From IMG/VR virus record IMGVR_UViG_3300042268_000564: a stretch of 64,000 nucleotides of DNA, one strand, 5' to 3'. The notes beneath the pieces were generated by a model that saw nothing but the letters and a program-made list of their open reading frames with translations, did no database searches and was not told the DNA's origin. The translations under genes and the position numbers were made by a program. How positions within the stretch are numbered: position 1 is the first letter of the stretch; every line of letters begins with the position of its first letter. Origin of the DNA: a virus (taxonomy: Duplodnaviria; Caudoviricetes). Of this stretch, positions 9,890 through 19,629 are shown one piece after another.

Positions 9890-9970
9890 ACGTGCAATGG
9901 AATATTTGACATATATTTTATTGCCTCCTTATCCTTGTTAGCCCCGCCACCGAATCGGGGCTACTTTTTT
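9890..9970 (+). ncRNA. candidate ~80-nt sRNA carrying an anti-SD sequence
   Basis: Own promoter 9856-9883 and terminator 9939-9970; no SD-led ORF; contains CATATATTTTATTGCCTCCTT. Confidence 0.5.
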
Positions 9971-10016
9971 ATTTGACAAACATACCTATTTGTTTATAAT
10001 AAGCATGAGGTGAGTT

Positions 10017-10205
10017 ATGAAAGTCAGGAAGATTACAGAATATGTTGCAGATGATGGCAAAGTTTTCGCCGACAAGGCTGAGTGTAAGCTTTATGAAGCT
10101 CTTGTAGCTATTGTGGATAGAGAAGGCTATAGAGGGATGGATAAAGACGACGTCGTTGAAATGCTGATGGCTAACAGGGACGACATTTTAAAAGCATTAA
10201 AATGA
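10017..10205 (+). CDS. small phage protein
   Basis: Promoter 9973-10000; GAGGTG SD. Confidence 0.7.
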   Translation: MKVRKITEYVADDGKVFADKAECKLYEALVAIVDREGYRGMDKDDVVEMLMANRDDILKALK

Positions 10206-10221
10206 TAGGAACTTATTCCTT

Positions 10222-10698
10222 ATGATAGAAACTCATTTCTTTGTTGAAGAACAGTATAGTGCTCTTCTTGAAGGCTGCAAAACATTGTTAATGGTTGCAA
10301 GGACAATTCAAGCAGAGGCAAGATGTTCTTTGCCAAAGAGATTAGCACCACAATACGAAAGCTTTATGGCGGAAGACCTCCTATTTACGCCGAGTACTCT
10401 TAGATTTAATGAGCGACAAATCGGACTAATCACTATGATTGACACGCAAGACGAAGCGGAGATACCATTTTTCCTCCCGTATCAATCTGAAAAAGACATG
10501 AGGTTCATCTTGTCGGAAAACCTTGATGCCCCTAAAGTTTGTTGGAAATGTTTTGATTTAATTAGCAGCCCTGCACTATTTCAAATGCGGGTGCCAGTAT
10601 TTGTGGTGAATTCTCATGAACATTGCTGGATGTGTCCTGCTTGTGCTTATAAATATCTGAAGGACGAGAAGCATAAGGAAGGATTTAAGCTTTTATGA
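10222..10698 (+). CDS. zinc-finger paralog 1, ends FKLL*
   Basis: CWKC...WMCPAC. Confidence 0.7.
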   Translation: MIETHFFVEEQYSALLEGCKTLLMVARTIQAEARCSLPKRLAPQYESFMAEDLLFTPSTLRFNERQIGLITMIDTQDEAEIPFFLPYQSEKDMRFILSENLDAPKVCWKCFDLISSPALFQMRVPVFVVNSHEHCWMCPACAYKYLKDEKHKEGFKLL

Positions 10699-11162
10699 TG
10701 CCATCAGAGATGTATTTGCTTGCCGAATCATTCATGACCGGGATATTGCGGAAGAATTACCACCGGGTCTTAACATTGGCATTACGAATGCAGCGTAGAT
10801 GGGCAAGTGAAAGAAACCCGCCGCCACCATATTCCAGAGAATTTATGTCACAAAACTTGGGTGTTTCCAAAAATGAGGACGTGATTATTGATGGCGGTGA
10901 GGTCGGCAGCTTTAATGAAAGAAGTAATCCCGTTGTTGTCCACGGGGGCTTACTCTTTGAAAAAGACGAGTCTGTTGCACCAATCCTTCTCCATAATTTT
11001 ACAAATGATAAAGCTTGTGAGATGTGTGGCGGCTATTATTCCCAAAAAACCTTAAGGACAGTATTAGTCCCAACTCGAATAGATGGCGCAGGAATATGGG
11101 TGTGTTCAGGTTGTTGGTTTGAGAACCTTACAATGGAAACACAGCAGGATATAATGCTATGA
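10695..11162 (+). CDS. zinc-finger paralog 2, ends DIML*
   Basis: CEMC...WVCSGC; ATGA overlap. Confidence 0.7.
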   Translation: MMPSEMYLLAESFMTGILRKNYHRVLTLALRMQRRWASERNPPPPYSREFMSQNLGVSKNEDVIIDGGEVGSFNERSNPVVVHGGLLFEKDESVAPILLHNFTNDKACEMCGGYYSQKTLRTVLVPTRIDGAGIWVCSGCWFENLTMETQQDIML

Positions 11163-11854
11163 TTCACGTCACCTACACAGAATCAATCCCATTCTATGGA
11201 CAACCCCAACACACCAAACGATTCAAAGAACTCCGCCAACAATTGACAGGTGTGATTATATCAGGCGACTCAGCATTAAAAGAATTAGTGAATTATATGG
11301 GGCTTGAGGATTATATTGAGGTTGAATTTGATTTGGAGCAGGTCAAGATTACTCAAGAGGGAGTCAATGCTTCTTATCACACATCCAGAAAGTTTAAGCC
11401 GAGCTTTACTTTAACTTGCCGAGGATTTGGGACTGATACTGGCACTCGCTGGGGAATTCCTTTAAACCAGTTGAATAAGAAGCGCAGAGGTTTAGAGCTT
11501 TTGCCAATCTTTAAATTATCCATGAATAAGTTGCACGAATGTTTTGTGGAATGTCGTCCATTACCATCTGAGACTGTAGAGTTCTCTGTTGCATATAATA
11601 TTGAGAAGATTCCTCAGAATATTTTGGCTGCATTTTCGGTATTTATCTGGTGCGTAACTGCCGGACAAATAACAATACCACAATGTCTAATCCCAAAGGC
11701 TAGAGAAATCGCAGAATCTTTTCTTTCAAAGTTTATGACTGGCAACTTAAGACGATTGCAAGACAGATGCGCTATCATATACAGCTCAGGCTCATTTAAC
11801 TCCTACGAAAGAATCATCACGCCTCAAGAAGCTCAAGCAATTCAAATGTTATAA
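11159..11854 (+). CDS. hypothetical protein, ends IQML*
   Basis: ATGA overlap; no zinc finger. Confidence 0.7.
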   Translation: MIHVTYTESIPFYGQPQHTKRFKELRQQLTGVIISGDSALKELVNYMGLEDYIEVEFDLEQVKITQEGVNASYHTSRKFKPSFTLTCRGFGTDTGTRWGIPLNQLNKKRRGLELLPIFKLSMNKLHECFVECRPLPSETVEFSVAYNIEKIPQNILAAFSVFIWCVTAGQITIPQCLIPKAREIAESFLSKFMTGNLRRLQDRCAIIYSSGSFNSYERIITPQEAQAIQML

Positions 11855-11889
11855 GTTGACAATCATTGAACGTCTTTTATAATATTATT

Positions 11890-12417
11890 ATGGATAAAGT
11901 TGTATTACAAGCTTATGATGATTTGTGCAACCAGATGTGCCTTAGAGTTGTGGCACTGACAAAGGCTGTATTTACTGCTGTTACTTTTGCACATAGTGAG
12001 GGAATTATAGATTATGATGCTTATCGCAATTATGAGAAGTTTCAACTATTTTCACCAGCGGCGGTAGTGCCCAGCGACATAGTGTATTATAAGGTCTACG
12101 CAAGAAATAATGTTGCGTCGGACTTGAAAGTGTTCGTGATTCCCAAGTTTTTCTTCAGTATGCCACGAGACATATTGGACAATACATTGACAGTTAATCT
12201 TGACCCGGTATTCGAGTGTGATATTTGTCAAACTAAATCATCATTTTCTGCATATATTAAGCAAGGTTCCTTCCAAGCTATTCAAGACATTTTTCTATCT
12301 TTAATAGTCCCAATCAAGATGAATGATGGCGCCGAGAAATATATGTGCTCGGACTGTTATTATAAACACTGGAGCCAGACTATCCTTGCAGCCTCAAAAG
12401 AAGCAGAGTTATTATGA
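11890..12417 (+). CDS. zinc-finger paralog 3, leaderless, ends AELL*
   Basis: ATG 6 nt after TATAAT (promoter 11856-11883); CDIC...YMCSDC. Confidence 0.7.
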   Translation: MDKVVLQAYDDLCNQMCLRVVALTKAVFTAVTFAHSEGIIDYDAYRNYEKFQLFSPAAVVPSDIVYYKVYARNNVASDLKVFVIPKFFFSMPRDILDNTLTVNLDPVFECDICQTKSSFSAYIKQGSFQAIQDIFLSLIVPIKMNDGAEKYMCSDCYYKHWSQTILAASKEAELL

Positions 12418-12899
12418 AAATCAATAATGATGCTCTCTACTACTTCCAAGAGATTGACAAATTACTTCGTCACAGGCTTGTCCTCCTTGCCGACCTTTCT
12501 CACGACTTTGCCATCCGATGCAATAAAGAAGGACTGTTGTCCACAGGGATGTTTCAAAACTTCGAGAGAAAACAACTCCTTAAACAAGATATTCCCGATT
12601 ATCAAATCCAGATTGAGGGTGCGGAGATTTTTGTCAGCCGGGTTGAAGGTATGGATGGGCATAGGTATGTGATGCCCCGTGAATTGTTTAAAATGGACGA
12701 ATCTGAATTGAAAGGTGTTTTCGACCATAACATCACTGACGGATATTGTATAGCTTGTAGGAACAGAGATAAAATGTTGGACTGTTTAAGATTTGGCAGG
12801 CTCTCGGATTTATTTGTCGACATTGTTTACCCGGTCAATGGGTTCTGGGTATGTCACTTCTGCCATAATTACGCCACAAAAAAGGTAGAGGTTCTATGA
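12414..12899 (+). CDS. zinc-finger paralog 4, ends VEVL*
   Basis: CIAC...WVCHFC; ATGA overlap. Confidence 0.7.
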   Translation: MKINNDALYYFQEIDKLLRHRLVLLADLSHDFAIRCNKEGLLSTGMFQNFERKQLLKQDIPDYQIQIEGAEIFVSRVEGMDGHRYVMPRELFKMDESELKGVFDHNITDGYCIACRNRDKMLDCLRFGRLSDLFVDIVYPVNGFWVCHFCHNYATKKVEVL

Positions 12900-13468
12900 A
12901 TAAGGACATGGTAGAATTAGCCCTAAAGCTGGACTTCGAGTTAAAGCAGCAAGCTTTTTTGTTGTGTTGCACGCTCAATAATTTTATAACAGAGCTTGCT
13001 CTTTTAAAAGCTATTACACGAGAACAATATGTAGTCTATGAAGAGAAACGTCCTATTGATTCGGCAAGTTTATTTTCAGAGTTTTTTATCCGGGTTCATT
13101 CAGACGATTTGTTGTGCGTGGTGACCATAGATACGTCCAGCAATCGCTTTAAATATTGTTACATCCCCAAACCTTTGTTTTATGAGAGCGAGAATGATAT
13201 CAAAGCTATCCTTAGAAAGAATGTGGATAAAGAAGGACTCCTTTGCCGCAACAAAACGTTCTACAGACCTTTGCAATGTGATTGCTGTAAACGAATCGGA
13301 GGACTGGGCAGAGTCGTGGCTGGACTCGAAATGTCAGTAGGATATTCCATGACATCTATCTATGAAATAATAATCCTCCCCTATATCATTGACAATAAAG
13401 AACACTGGCTATGCCTTGAATGCCACAAAGATACCATAGAAAAAATACAAAAAAATTCAATGCTATAA
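12896..13468 (+). CDS. zinc-finger paralog 5, ends NSML*
   Basis: CDCC...WLCLEC; ATGA overlap. Confidence 0.7.
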   Translation: MNKDMVELALKLDFELKQQAFLLCCTLNNFITELALLKAITREQYVVYEEKRPIDSASLFSEFFIRVHSDDLLCVVTIDTSSNRFKYCYIPKPLFYESENDIKAILRKNVDKEGLLCRNKTFYRPLQCDCCKRIGGLGRVVAGLEMSVGYSMTSIYEIIILPYIIDNKEHWLCLECHKDTIEKIQKNSML

Positions 13469-13474
13469 AAATAA

Positions 13475-13527
13475 CTTGACACTTTTTTATATTTCGTTAT
13501 AATTGAAATATAGAAACAAAAAAGGAG
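13475..13527 (+). repeat. promoter-leader-RBS cassette, copy B
   Basis: CTTGACACTTTTTTATATTTCGTTATAAT...AAAGGAG. Confidence 0.85.
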
Positions 13528-13590
13528 CCAAGTTATGAGTATCACAAGAAAAGAATGGCTCCAAGATTACAATTAGAAAGGACTAATATC

Positions 13591-13860
13591 ATGGAAAGAC
13601 CTATAGCTGAATTCCTTACAAATATTCTCATTGATGATGGCTTTGACGCAACTGTGCGTGAATACTCAGGTAGAGGCATGTATGGTAAAACTACTATTGC
13701 CATTGAAACTGATGCTACTCTTGGCGACTTGATTCCAGCTCTCCTTAGAGCGAGCGATGATATCCATGACTTCTATGAAAATGACGACAAAGACCTCATC
13801 GGGACAATGCCATCTATCAAATCTGACAATCTCGGATTGAACAGGTATATTTATTACTGA
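13591..13860 (+). CDS. phage protein with a YSGRGMYG motif
   Basis: AAGGA SD before 13591. Confidence 0.65.
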   Translation: MERPIAEFLTNILIDDGFDATVREYSGRGMYGKTTIAIETDATLGDLIPALLRASDDIHDFYENDDKDLIGTMPSIKSDNLGLNRYIYY

Positions 13861-14517
13861 TGCAATCTTAAAAAGTGTAAAAAAGGCGGGAGTAAATTAT
13901 GACACCTGAACAAGTGCGCCAACAATTAAAAAATGAAGCCCTCAACAAGATTCGTAAATTGTTTCGACCTGAAGCAAAGTTCAGCCAGCATCTGTGGGAT
14001 GGCTCCAAGTCTGAACAGCAGATGGAACGTATAGAGAGTATCATCGAAAGCCTTGAGAAAGACCTTGCAGCACTGAAGGAGAAAGCCAATGAAAACCCTA
14101 GCTGATGGGACTGAAGTTCCCTCAAGAATCTATTACTACTTGCTTGACTTTAATGACTGTGATAACTGGGCAACAATGAAAGCCCTCTTTAACAAGGACA
14201 AGCTCAAAGACCTTGATATCGAAGACTTCCTTAGACTATTCAAAGTTGCCTCAGAAAAAGACTTTAACACTCTTTTGGAGAAATACTAAATGCAAACAAC
14301 AGAAGAATATCTTAACAATATCGGACAAAAAGGCTCGATAAAACGGCTCGAAGCCATTGCCAGCATGAATCTCGGCAAGCGCAGTGAAGCAGCAAAAGCT
14401 GTATGCGAAAAAAGAGCCAGACGTAAAGAACTTATGGATATGGGACTCTCTTATGAAAGTGCCATCCTAATCACTAAACAAGAATATCCAGAATCTAAAT
14501 AATTTTTTTGCTAACCT

Positions 14518-14569
14518 ACTTGACACTTTTTTATATTATGTTATAATTAAAGTATCAAGAAAAAAGGAG
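14518..14569 (+). repeat. promoter-leader-RBS cassette, copy C
   Basis: ACTTGACACTTTTTTATATTATGTTATAATTAAAGTAT...AAGGAG. Confidence 0.85.
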
Positions 14570-14576
14570 CAACGAT

Positions 14577-14915
14577 ATGAATATCCAGAACTTTGAAAAG
14601 AGCTTAAGCCCATTAGGTTTTGTAGCTATCCAGAGTGAAAGAAAAGCCCCTGAAGCTTCAGGGTTCTGGTTTGTTCTTGGACAGAATGGCAATGATGGAT
14701 GGTGGAATAGTGGCAGCAAATCAGAAATCTTTGTTAAGAATATCGAAATCACTGGACATTCACAATCATTCTTCAGAGGTAGCGCAGTAGAGGTAAAGGT
14801 TACATTCACTAACAACAGAACCAATAGCCCCGAAATAACCAAAAAAGCATGGATGTACATGGATAAAAAAGTAACATTCGAAAATGTTACTGAATATCTC
14901 AAAAATATTGCATAA
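14577..14915 (+). CDS. hypothetical early protein
   Basis: Directly follows cassette C. Confidence 0.7.
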   Translation: MNIQNFEKSLSPLGFVAIQSERKAPEASGFWFVLGQNGNDGWWNSGSKSEIFVKNIEITGHSQSFFRGSAVEVKVTFTNNRTNSPEITKKAWMYMDKKVTFENVTEYLKNIA

Positions 14916-14917
14916 TT

Positions 14918-14971
14918 ACTTGACACTTTTTCTGATTTTATTATAATAAAAGTATAAGAAAGAAAAAGGAG
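14918..14971 (+). repeat. promoter-leader-RBS cassette, copy D
   Basis: ACTTGACACTTTTTCTGATTTTATTATAATAAAAGTATAAG...AAGGAG. Confidence 0.85.
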
Positions 14972-14978
14972 CTTAACC

Positions 14979-15299
14979 ATGAAAAAGGGAACCAAAGTAA
15001 TCGAGCAGAGATATTTCACAGGTAGCCAGTCAGTGAATTACACTGAAATTTACAGCAAGAATGACAAAAAAATCAAGATTGAAATCAAATCTGATGCTTA
15101 CCAGAGCCAGAGTTATGCCAGAGGCTCAGTATTTGATGGTGCCAAGTGGCAGCCAGTATACAATATCCCCTCAAGCCAGATGCATACCGAAGTAGGGCTT
15201 ATCTATACCAACTGCAAACAAAAGCCAGAGATTGCAGCCTCAGCAATGGCAAAAGATATCGCTGAAGTAATCGAAAAAACTGAAAAAATTCTGTTTTGA
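14979..15299 (+). CDS. hypothetical early protein
   Basis: Directly follows cassette D. Confidence 0.7.
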   Translation: MKKGTKVIEQRYFTGSQSVNYTEIYSKNDKKIKIEIKSDAYQSQSYARGSVFDGAKWQPVYNIPSSQMHTEVGLIYTNCKQKPEIAASAMAKDIAEVIEKTEKILF

Positions 15300-15308
15300 G
15301 GTGAAAAT

Positions 15309-15632
15309 ATGCCAGAAAATAAACCGCATCCGAAATGGACATTAACCGATGAACTGCTTGCCAGTGACGTAGTCGCTGAAATCAAAGCCTTTATAGAACA
15401 ATATGAAGCCAATCCTACGGAAGACGAGCAGGTTCTTGAACTTACAGACAAGGGAATAAATGTAATCCAGCTCAAGCTGTTGCTTCAAAAGTTAGGATAC
15501 GAAGAAATTGGACTGGATGCTAATGGGTGGCAGGTTGACTACTGGTATTACTTCCACAAAGACAAACATAAAGCCGTTATAACAGGGACGATGATTGTTT
15601 CTATTATGTCTCTTTGTCTCACCCCGCAATAA
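15309..15632 (+). CDS. hypothetical protein
   Basis: GAGGTG SD. Confidence 0.65.
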   Translation: MPENKPHPKWTLTDELLASDVVAEIKAFIEQYEANPTEDEQVLELTDKGINVIQLKLLLQKLGYEEIGLDANGWQVDYWYYFHKDKHKAVITGTMIVSIMSLCLTPQ

Positions 15633-15678
15633 CGCAACCTCTGCACGATAACATCCACAATGTTAAAATGCAAAAAGC

Positions 15679-16107
15679 ATGTTAACCACAGAAAGGATAA
15701 CCAAAATGATAGACATACCTTTTCCGAAAGTTTGGCCATTCGCCCTCATAAGAAATGACGAATGGTATATCATTAAAGAACCTGCCAATATCAAGAACCT
15801 TGCCAGCAAAGAAGGCATCGATATTAACGCAGAGCTTAATGGCAAGACTATTGAACGACCTTTATCATTCATCTATGTAGAACTGCTTGAAAAAGGATTC
15901 GAACTTGATGAGGGTGACTTCAATAAAGTGATTGATGTTACCAGTATCAACAATGACGGAGAACGAACATTTCAATCCGACTACACTGGAACTAAAGCTG
16001 AGGTAATAGACACCTTCCTTGAACATTGTAAGGCAAGAAAGGTTAAATGGGCTAATCTGTTCAATGAAGCGACAGGTGAACTAATTCAATCATATAAAGA
16101 CATGTAA
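15679..16107 (+). CDS. hypothetical protein
   Basis: 142-aa ORF; exact start uncertain. Confidence 0.6.
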   Translation: MLTTERITKMIDIPFPKVWPFALIRNDEWYIIKEPANIKNLASKEGIDINAELNGKTIERPLSFIYVELLEKGFELDEGDFNKVIDVTSINNDGERTFQSDYTGTKAEVIDTFLEHCKARKVKWANLFNEATGELIQSYKDM

Positions 16108-16109
16108 AC

Positions 16110-16725
16110 AACAAATATCACTAAATCATACAAAATCACTAAAAATCACATTTTTCATAAAAATACACATTTCTGTATTTTTCACTTTTTAGCTTTTTGA
16201 CAAAAAAATAAAAATTTTTCAAAAGTTTTTTCAGAATCTTCCGAAAAAACCAAGCAGCCACGGTGGTCCGAAAATACGGGAGCGAGGTCTGCAAGCGAAT
16301 TTTAGGGCAAAATTTAGGCGTAGAGGGTTCATTCTTTGTATATTGCATAAAAAACGCAGACATGGTTCTTGACGTTTGTTATAATGATGTTGGGGGGGGG
16401 TGATAAATTGTATTTCATTAAAAAACTAAAAAAATTTTTAGGCATAAAAACCCTCCGAGGGGTAATTGATGTGAGGGTAGGGGGGGGTGTCGACTTACGT
16501 AAATTCCATTTCCTAAAAAATTTTTAGGGCAAAAATTTTCGTGTAGGGGTAAATTTGTTGGCAGGTTTGAGGGACTTACGTGGTTTTAACGCCTTAGACA
16601 AGACCGATTTTAAGTTTTGTGAGGGTGGGGGGGGTAGAATAGGTGGCTATCGAAAAGCTAAAAAAATTTCAGGGTAAAAAAGTTGGGTTAGGGGTAAAAA
16701 ATGGGAAAGCACGGACTTACGGTAG
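16110..16725. other. noncoding locus with G8-9 runs, A/T tracts and short direct repeats (candidate origin, terminus or packaging site)
   Basis: GACTTACG x3, AAAAAATTT..AGG x3-4, three G-runs, switch from A/C-rich to G/T-rich plus strand. Confidence 0.45.
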
Positions 16726-16953
16726 CGGAATATGCGCCACTAGCAATAAATAGATGGTTTTCCTGATATTGTTAAGTGGTGGAATCCAAAAGATAGAACA
16801 GACGTGAATGGCATATCTGCCTCTGATTCATTAAAACGTAGCTTTTATTGCCCTGTTTGTGGTGCAGAAAAGATTACCTCAGTAAAGAATATGACAAATC
16901 ATCACAAGAACGGGCGATGTAAAGTCTGTAAAAAACAAAAAACTCTTGCTTGA
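16701..16953 (+). pseudogene. broken zinc-ribbon (DUF4379-like) gene
   Basis: MGKHGLTVAEYAPLAINRW in one frame, then FPDIVKWW...FYCPVCG...RCKVC in the +1 frame without its own start. Confidence 0.4.
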
Positions 16954-16998
16954 CAACTGGCATCTCGGATTTATAATAAGTTGAAAAAGGGGGGGAAA

Positions 16999-17979
16999 AT
17001 GCAGGAACAAATATCGGCTTTTGCGAGACTTGTGGAGGTTATAGAGAGTATTGATATTGAAGCCTCTGCTGCTGTAGTTGATGAGGCAGAGATTGCTAAG
17101 ATGGAAGGGATACAAGAAGCAGTTGACGGAACACAGTTGTTTATTTCTGACGAGCCTATGACTACGCAACGCACTTTTAGCGAGCTGCCATTTTGCCTAC
17201 CACCATTTGAAAAAACAACTTTGTTATTTCCTATCAGGTCGGATGACGGGTCAGACGTGCCATTTGCTATAATTCTTCTTACGCAGCCCCAAGATGAAGA
17301 GGATAAAGATGATATTCTTGTTCCCCCATCAGATTTGCCTGTGGTTTACGGTTTTATTGCCAAGGGGTCTTATGACACTGGCAGATTAGAATATGACCTC
17401 CCACAGTGTATTGTTAAGATTAGTGCTATTCACACGAGCGCAGAAAATGCTCTTAATGTTGCGAATTTGGACGAATATAGAGATATGGCAAAAGCTATGT
17501 CAACTGCTTTTGGGATTGATTGCCCAGAAATAACTGAGAATGATGTTGCCAGATTAAATCGTATTGGCGAATTTGGAGATACTGCGTTTTATCTTTTTTT
17601 TGACAGGGATGGTAAATTATCGACTGAAATGCAAATAGAAAGCATCCCATTATTTTTATGTATTAATGAAATGCTTGAGCGGTGTAGTCCGCAGAGACAA
17701 AATTCAAATTATAATGTAGTAAAAGATGCTGTCCCATTAATACGTTGTAGTAAAAAAGAAAAAAGATGGCGCATGAGATACAGAGTGTTACCTATTACGG
17801 ATAAGACCTACAAAAAAACGGACATGGTAAAATCTTTCAGCGAGCGGAATAGCCCTGCAATGCACGAACGCCGTGGTCATTACCGTCATTTGCAAAGCGG
17901 GAAGATTGTATGGATTAAATCATGCACAGTCGGTAAAATCCAAGACGGTATAGTTGTAAAAAGTTACGGTGTAAGTTGA
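16999..17979 (+). CDS. phage protein with a C-terminal SPxxHxRRGHxR motif
   Basis: SPAMHERRGHYRHLQSGKIVWIKSCTVG; promoter 16950-16977. Confidence 0.75.
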   Translation: MQEQISAFARLVEVIESIDIEASAAVVDEAEIAKMEGIQEAVDGTQLFISDEPMTTQRTFSELPFCLPPFEKTTLLFPIRSDDGSDVPFAIILLTQPQDEEDKDDILVPPSDLPVVYGFIAKGSYDTGRLEYDLPQCIVKISAIHTSAENALNVANLDEYRDMAKAMSTAFGIDCPEITENDVARLNRIGEFGDTAFYLFFDRDGKLSTEMQIESIPLFLCINEMLERCSPQRQNSNYNVVKDAVPLIRCSKKEKRWRMRYRVLPITDKTYKKTDMVKSFSERNSPAMHERRGHYRHLQSGKIVWIKSCTVGKIQDGIVVKSYGVS

Positions 17980-18095
17980 CTATATTATATCACGTCAAAC
18001 CCTGATTGTCACAGGGTTTCAGCGAAAATAAAAGTTGACAATTTCGGAATCCTCGATATAATTTGAATAACCAAATGTAACGAGGAGGAATTGTT

Positions 18096-18719
18096 ATGGT
18101 GATTAAGGTACCTTATAGTGTTGTGAGTGTGGCTTACCCTGACGAGGCAAAGAAATTGGTGGCTGAGATAGATAGGCATAGGGGACGGGCTAGATTTAGA
18201 GGTGGTGAGCATTGTGACTGGCATTATGTAGGTCGTGTTAGTGATTATAGCGGACTTGATTTTTATTTGAATGCAGCTACTACGGATAGCGAGAGGGCTG
18301 CAATATGCCGTAAGTATGTAAAATTTGGCATAAGAGCCAGTAGCCGTGGTATGAAAATGACATCAAAAGTGTTGCAGGCGGAAACAAGAGATATTTGTGG
18401 TGAATTGCCATTGCCGATAATCAAAATGCTTGTATTGATGGCGGATACAAAAGCAAGAAAGCAGCTTGACGGTATAGTTTCTGTTTTTCTGTCGTCCTTG
18501 ATGGAGATGGAAGAAGACACCGAGTGTGATAAGTGTCGTAAGTGGGTAAGAAAATATATGGAAGCGATAGAAACGGTAAGGCACCTTGCGTGCAATGAAA
18601 TAAAGTCAGCAAGGACACTTGTCCAGACTGAAATAAAAACAATCCTTGAATCAGCAAAAAGTGTGGATTGCGACCCTACGGATTTTGATAGTGTTGCTGA
18701 TGCAGTGTTAGGTAAATAA
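18096..18719 (+). CDS. hypothetical protein
   Basis: Promoter 18035-18062; GAGGAGG SD. Confidence 0.7.
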   Translation: MVIKVPYSVVSVAYPDEAKKLVAEIDRHRGRARFRGGEHCDWHYVGRVSDYSGLDFYLNAATTDSERAAICRKYVKFGIRASSRGMKMTSKVLQAETRDICGELPLPIIKMLVLMADTKARKQLDGIVSVFLSSLMEMEEDTECDKCRKWVRKYMEAIETVRHLACNEIKSARTLVQTEIKTILESAKSVDCDPTDFDSVADAVLGK

Positions 18720-18742
18720 CAAGAAAGCAGAAGAATTACGTT

Positions 18743-19015
18743 ATGAAAATAATGGAACTTGAACCAGTATTTGTTGAAGGGTTTATGCCTGAAAAACTGG
18801 AGCAGGGTAAGCTCTATATTTCAGAAGAATATTGGCCTGTCTTACATTTATGTTGTTGTGGGTGTGGGAAGGTAACAAGCACGCCAATTGGCATTGAAGG
18901 GTGGAAGCTTACAGTTACTGATAAAAAGGTGACTCTTTCGCCATCTGTTGGAAATTTTCAGTACCCGTGTAAATCTCATTACTTTATTCGGGATAACAAA
19001 GTTGTTTGGTGTTGA
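18743..19015 (+). CDS. DUF6527-like Cys/His-rich protein
   Basis: HLCCCGCG...TLSPSVGN...CKSHYFIRDNKVVWC. Confidence 0.7.
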   Translation: MKIMELEPVFVEGFMPEKLEQGKLYISEEYWPVLHLCCCGCGKVTSTPIGIEGWKLTVTDKKVTLSPSVGNFQYPCKSHYFIRDNKVVWC

Positions 19016-19086
19016 TGGTATTATAAAAATTGCTAATAAAAATTGTTTCACTGCCTCATATTCTGTTGAATTGGGGCAGTTTTTTC

Positions 19087-19629
19087 TTACAGCATTTCAT
19101 ATGCAACGATATCGGCAGGTGATATAATGATTTCGCCAACTTTTGGTTGCAGGGCATAAAAGTGGCTATGTCCTTGATGTAGATGTTTAAGCGTGAAGTT
19201 GTCATAAAAGGTCTCGAATAGGTCATTTTTTTGCAGGATTTTTTTGAGAGCAGATAGCCAGTCGCTGATAATGATTGAATCATTGTCGAGGAAGCTGATG
19301 CAATATTCAGAGGGAAGTAGCAGGAACATTGCCGCTACGAGTTCCATACAGGCAGATGTTTTCCATTCATTTTTATTTTTAGAGATATCCAGTATCTTAT
19401 GGTCGATTATATTGACGGTTAAGGTTCTGAGATATGAAATTTCCCAAAAATCTGCTTGTACTTTATTCTCGTGTTTTTGGTATTCACTTTTAATGATTGA
19501 AAATCTTCCGTCATGTAATTCCACACAGCAAGAAATATCAGAAATGTCACCTTCGACATATAAACGATTTGCAGAGAATGAGATTATTCTGCTCGCTAAT
19601 GGATGTTGAAGGAAAGTGATTTGTGACAT
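19087..19629 (-). CDS. hypothetical protein, ends YEML*
   Basis: TAATG coupling to the upstream gene. Confidence 0.7.
   Translation of the reverse strand: MSQITFLQHPLASRIISFSANRLYVEGDISDISCCVELHDGRFSIIKSEYQKHENKVQADFWEISYLRTLTVNIIDHKILDISKNKNEWKTSACMELVAAMFLLLPSEYCISFLDNDSIIISDWLSALKKILQKNDLFETFYDNFTLKHLHQGHSHFYALQPKVGEIIISPADIVAYEML

Noticed and set aside
10695-12899. Terminal Leu as a by-product of ATGA stop-start overlaps
   Set aside because: It can favour xxA codons at six coupled genes, but eleven tagged genes have no ATGA coupling at their 3' end and it does not explain M/L at -2.
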